DNA of 57,037 nucleotides, the filler included, from Dugesia japonica (lineage: Eukaryota), in assembly GCA_001938525.1 (NCBI GenBank). It is 5 parts of 5 records of this genome, joined end to end, with 100 filler letters (N's around TTAATTAATTAA, not from the genome) between each part and the next. Parts side by side here need not be neighbours in the genome. Positions count along the whole stretch, not along the records: positions 47,976 to 57,037 come from MQRL01583356.1; 4 more parts are not named here. One strand, given 5' to 3'. The notes under the pieces are model-generated. The model searched no databases. It saw nothing but the letters and a program-made list of their open reading frames with translations, and was not told the DNA's origin. Numbering within the stretch: the first letter of the stretch is position 1; each line of letters begins with the position of its first letter. Below are positions 52,751 to 57,037 of this stretch, in pieces. A program made the position numbers and the translations under genes.

Positions 52751-52854
52751 CTGATTTCTCCAATAGAAGAAACTTGAGCATTTTCAATTTGTCTTATTAT
52801 ATTGTTTGAAGATGTTAAGGCATTGTCTTTCTCCTTCAAATGCGATTCAATTGT
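52751..52854 (-). CDS. FAM81: FAM81-like protein, exon (104 nt)
   Basis: tatag|TIESHLKEKDNALTSSNNIIRQIENAQVSSIGEI(R)|gtaaat. A 58-nt phase-2 intron joins it in frame to the next exon. Confidence 0.78.
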
Positions 52855-53829
52855 CTATAAAGTTGAAAATAAAAAATGAATTTCTAAATGTATCAAGAAT
52901 TTCGATTTTCTTTGGATATCTAAAGATTTTAAAGTCGATTTTCTATTTCGAACAGCCACGAAATTATTACTTTTAGAGTGGAGAAAAAGCAATTTAACAT
53001 TAAAAGCAGATAAAAAAATAAATATAAATAATATAAACAAATTATAAATATAATTATGGTGCCCAACCCAGCTATCGCATGCCAAAGAGATATCATCTTT
53101 CAATATCAAAATGGATACTACCATTACAAAACTAAAGAATCACTCGGAGTACAGAATCATATTACTGAATGTGATGAGTTTAGAAGAATATAAATCCAAA
53201 GAAATACGGTAATGCTAATATGAATGATGTATACAAAGAATATTTGTTGATCATTAACATTTATGAAAAATAAAAAGGCCTCACATTGCAAAAACGTTTG
53301 GCACCAATGATATATGATAAATATTCTTGGAGTCCTATGAGGATTATCATACATCTTGCAAGATACAGGTTTTTTCATTTAATTTTGACAGTATTAAGAT
53401 TTATGGGAAGGATTGAACTACTGGAAATTTGTTTGGATTAAAATTCAAACAATTTTTATGTAATTTACAATTTACGCAAAAAGTTTGATACTTCTAAAGA
53501 AGTTGATCTTTTTTTCTCTTAAAAAATCTTTTATATTAATATTTTCACTGGAATATTTTAAAATTTCCACAACATCGTTTCAATTAGTAACCAATATTTG
53601 ATTTATTTTTTTCTCTATTATCATAGTATTCTATCTATTCTCTAAATGTAAAATATGTTTACTGCAATTGTATCATTTTATGTACTATCAATTACTTCTT
53701 ATGTATTAATATTTATAGTTTTATGTGTACATGTAGTTATGTACTCCAATCTCGTAATACTTCTCTTTTCTGTTACCAAATTTTCTTCTGATTTGTTTAC
53801 TCCCATTTTGATAACTTTCCTGTTTATTC

Positions 53830-54060
53830 ATATATTTACATCAATACTCAATGTGAGACATTTTTTGTTTTATCTTGAACAGCTGACTTTATTACTATCT
53901 CGTCTCAAATATTGATCTGGCATTCTTTCTATTCTTAGCTATTTCTACATACATGAATAATCTTGTTACATGTCCAACACGTAATTTGTCGTCTTCCTTT
54001 CCTTGTAGTTTGCTGTCTTAATTTTTTACGATAATTATTTACTTTTCATTGTTCGGGTAT
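53830..54060 (-). mobile_element. Gypsy gag zinc-knuckle relic
   Basis: RRQITCWTCNKIIHVCR..KVSCSR*NKK resembles the knuckles at 22641-22856. Confidence 0.5.
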
Positions 54061-54715
54061 TCTACGTATCGAATCCGTCAAGTATCGCATTTTATTTATA
54101 ATTTCAAGTTTTTCACTACTTCTTTAGAGTTCTTTCAAGCTTCTTTCCAATTTTTTTCTACTTTTTCAAATTTTCGGGGCTTGATTTTAAGCATTATCAT
54201 TATTTAATAGTAATTATTCAATATTAACTCCTTTATTAATTCTTCATTGTTCCATGTTTAAGATTTGCATAATATTTATGGGATGCTGAAAATAATTTTA
54301 ACAGATGAACTTTAAAATATTTTATTCAGAATGTAAAAATAATATTAAAATTTTGAAATTGAAAACAATTATGGACCAGGGATTTTTCGTGAAACGCCTC
54401 AAAGATAAGATGTCCAAACAATAAGTTATTAGCTTTTAACATTATAGGAAGGCATGAACTCCGAATAAAGAATGTAGAAAATAAAACAATGCAGAAAAAC
54501 TAACCAAAATACAAGCACACTCTTAATACTGGTGTAAATTATTACTGTAAATGAGCGCTTTAAAATATTTTGAGTATTTTAATTTTTGAGTGCGCTATAA
54601 CCTGTATAGGTTAATTTTCCTTTGAGATTTAGGTAATAATATACGATAATAATANNNNNNNNNNNNNNNNNNNNNNNNNNNNNNNNNNNNNNNNNNNNNN
54701 NNNNNNNNNNNNNNN

Positions 54716-54775
<60 letters not shown>

Positions 54776-56970
54776 TACTAATTTCCACCGTATGAATGTA
54801 TGTATTCAAAAGTTATACAATATTTAAGTTTATTTTACTTTAAAATAATGTAAATTTTATGAAAATGTTAATTTATATCAAAAATTAATGTAATTAAACT
54901 TTTTGAAGATATAATGTAGTAAAATTGTCATAGTGACACAAAAATAAATTAAATTTAAATTTACCGTTACAATTTTTACTCTCAGCCTAATTAACAATTT
55001 CATTGAAAGTATATTGAATATCAAAGTGCATTTCATCAAGACCACAAATTTAGTCAACAACCACAAAAGTTAAAAATAATTGAAAATTTTATTTAGGAAA
55101 TTTTATGAAAATAATAAATAACTTGGAATTTTAGAAATTTTTAAATGAATAATTGAATTTAAAAATTTTTTTGCAATTTATTTTTTAATCCTTAAAATTT
55201 AGTATTTTTTCAGATCATTATAAAATTGTTATACTACTAACATTTCATTTACAAACTGTTATTTTTGATGGGGGGTTATACCTAGTAATATTAACAATAA
55301 TAATAATAAACTACATCGAAACACTCAAATATTATAAAAATGAGAGTTAAGCACAAAATATAAAATTAAATTAAATATAAAAAATTAACAAAAGCCTTGT
55401 GCTAATTTGATAATGTGTATGAAGTGTAAATTTTTTGAAAATTTTAACATAGTAGAAAAATTATATCGCTATCATTTTTTTTCTTTAGATAAAGTACGTG
55501 TTATTCCAACAGAAACTTCTCATTTTTACATTAACATTTTCTTGCAAAACCCCTCTGACTTCTATAAAACCATTTCTTTTAATACTTGATTTCAGCATGA
55601 TAAAAATATTTATTTATACAACGTTAAAATTAGTTATCAAATTTAAACAAAATTTCAAATAATTAAAAGACTTCATACATGTAATTAAACTCCAGAACTT
55701 TAAGAATGTAGAGTAGTGAAAATTTATAGAGTAGGAGTCTAACAAATCGATATTATTATTTATTGATTTTAATAATTTCAATTATGAAATTATTCCATAT
55801 CATAAAAATATATATATATATATATAAAAATACGAATCACGAATTCTCTTTCAAGAAAAGTCCAAGTTTAATTCCTGTTAAAAGACGAAAAAATTAAATT
55901 TCCTGGTTTACTCAACAGATCGACAAATATATCATTATATTGAACTTCACATATTTACGTTCACGATAAGCATTAAAACAAAAGCCATAATTAAATGCAA
56001 ATTAAAACGAAAATTTCAAAATGAACCCAAATTCAATAATATAATTACAAAAATACTATTGCGTTATTTTCATTGAGTTATTATTTACACTTGCAAATGT
56101 CTATCGCAATTTTTGTGCAATATTATCTGTAAGTTTTATATAACATTTAATTATATTTATATATTGATTTTACGAAATTTTTGGTGAGATTGTATTCCTC
56201 AAATTCTATTAAGACCAATAACGNTATACCAATTTAAGACAATATATTTATTGGGCTGAACGATATAAAGACAACTGACTAAAGGTCTATCAATTCTTCT
56301 AGCGATATTAATTATTACTTAATCACTAAATATTGAGTTTTAGAAAAAAATAATTTCTTTCAGTTTTATTCATTTCATTATATAAGAACATAAAGAATCA
56401 ACTGATAGTGGCAGTTCTTACAAAAAGATTTCTAACAATTAAACTCAGAAATGACATCTACTGAAGGAAGTAATCTCTTGCGTACAAATTTTATTATCAT
56501 AAATTTGAAAGGCGACCCAATAGATTTCAAGACAATTGGAATTGTGCCTAATTAATCAATATTATTTATATATTTTAGGGTTTTTATTAGTTCTTTCTGG
56601 TATAAAAAGATAGAAAGATGACAAAGTCAAGTCGGATATCAAAATAAAGAAAATAACCAATCATAATTCTTCCATGTTTTATGAACATCTTTAATCACAG
56701 TTTTATTTATATCTATTCCAAATTGAGATTGAAAGCATGATAAGAAAAATTGTTATTCGAATCTTATTTCTTATTACCATTGTAGAATTATTTTAGAATT
56801 TTTGCAACTTGATTTCAAGTGTAAAGGTTGATAGTGTTTTTCAAGATAAGTTAATTAAAACTATTTTATTAATTTATAAAATATGAATTATTATTTATAA
56901 TTAATTGATAATGATTATCTGAAATGTATAATGTTGACTTTAATTAAAAGCAAATATATAATCACAAATG

Positions 56971-57037
<67 letters not shown>

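Noticed and set aside
38778-52854. Polinton inserted in an intron of the FAM81-like gene
   Set aside because: An artificial linker at 47876-47975 separates them, so linkage is not supported.
1-57037. CRISPR arrays, tRNA or rRNA genes
   Set aside because: No repeat-spacer periodicity or structural RNA gene was recognised.

Overview
Very AT-rich, repeat-laden eukaryotic DNA. The (AAT)n microsatellites, a 58-nt intron and the TE spectrum suggest a triclad planarian or similar invertebrate, but this is inference only. The window is five pieces joined by artificial N44-TTAATTAATTAA-N44 linkers (~15746, 26983, 38722, 47920), so adjacency across linkers is not evidence of linkage. The main feature is a decayed Polinton/Maverick (adintovirus-like) endogenous virus at ~38850-47270, all on the + strand. 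Its gene order is: packaging ATPase (3' part), Gly/Ala-rich core-like protein, EQG-repeat protein, penton/minor capsid, adenain-like protease, coiled-coil (fiber candidate), GasderminX-like protein, and a protein-primed PolB with two matrin-type zinc fingers, truncated before the YxDTDS motif. Hexon, integrase and TIRs are not visible. Two observations are absent from the ORF track. First, an unrecognised Cys-motif protein family (SVYWxPxxY...RCx3Cx2C) occurs twice, once at the PolB breakpoint and once on another scaffold. Second, Penelope-type minimal hammerhead ribozyme motifs of two families are present, including an inverted pair. Also present: a piggyBac relic with a nested hAT MITE, Ty3/Gypsy relics, three mariner relics, an RLE-type non-LTR 3' end, foldback elements, three exons of a FAM81-like host gene and one orphan exon. 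All family assignments come from motif recognition by eye, not database searches, and relic boundaries are approximate.
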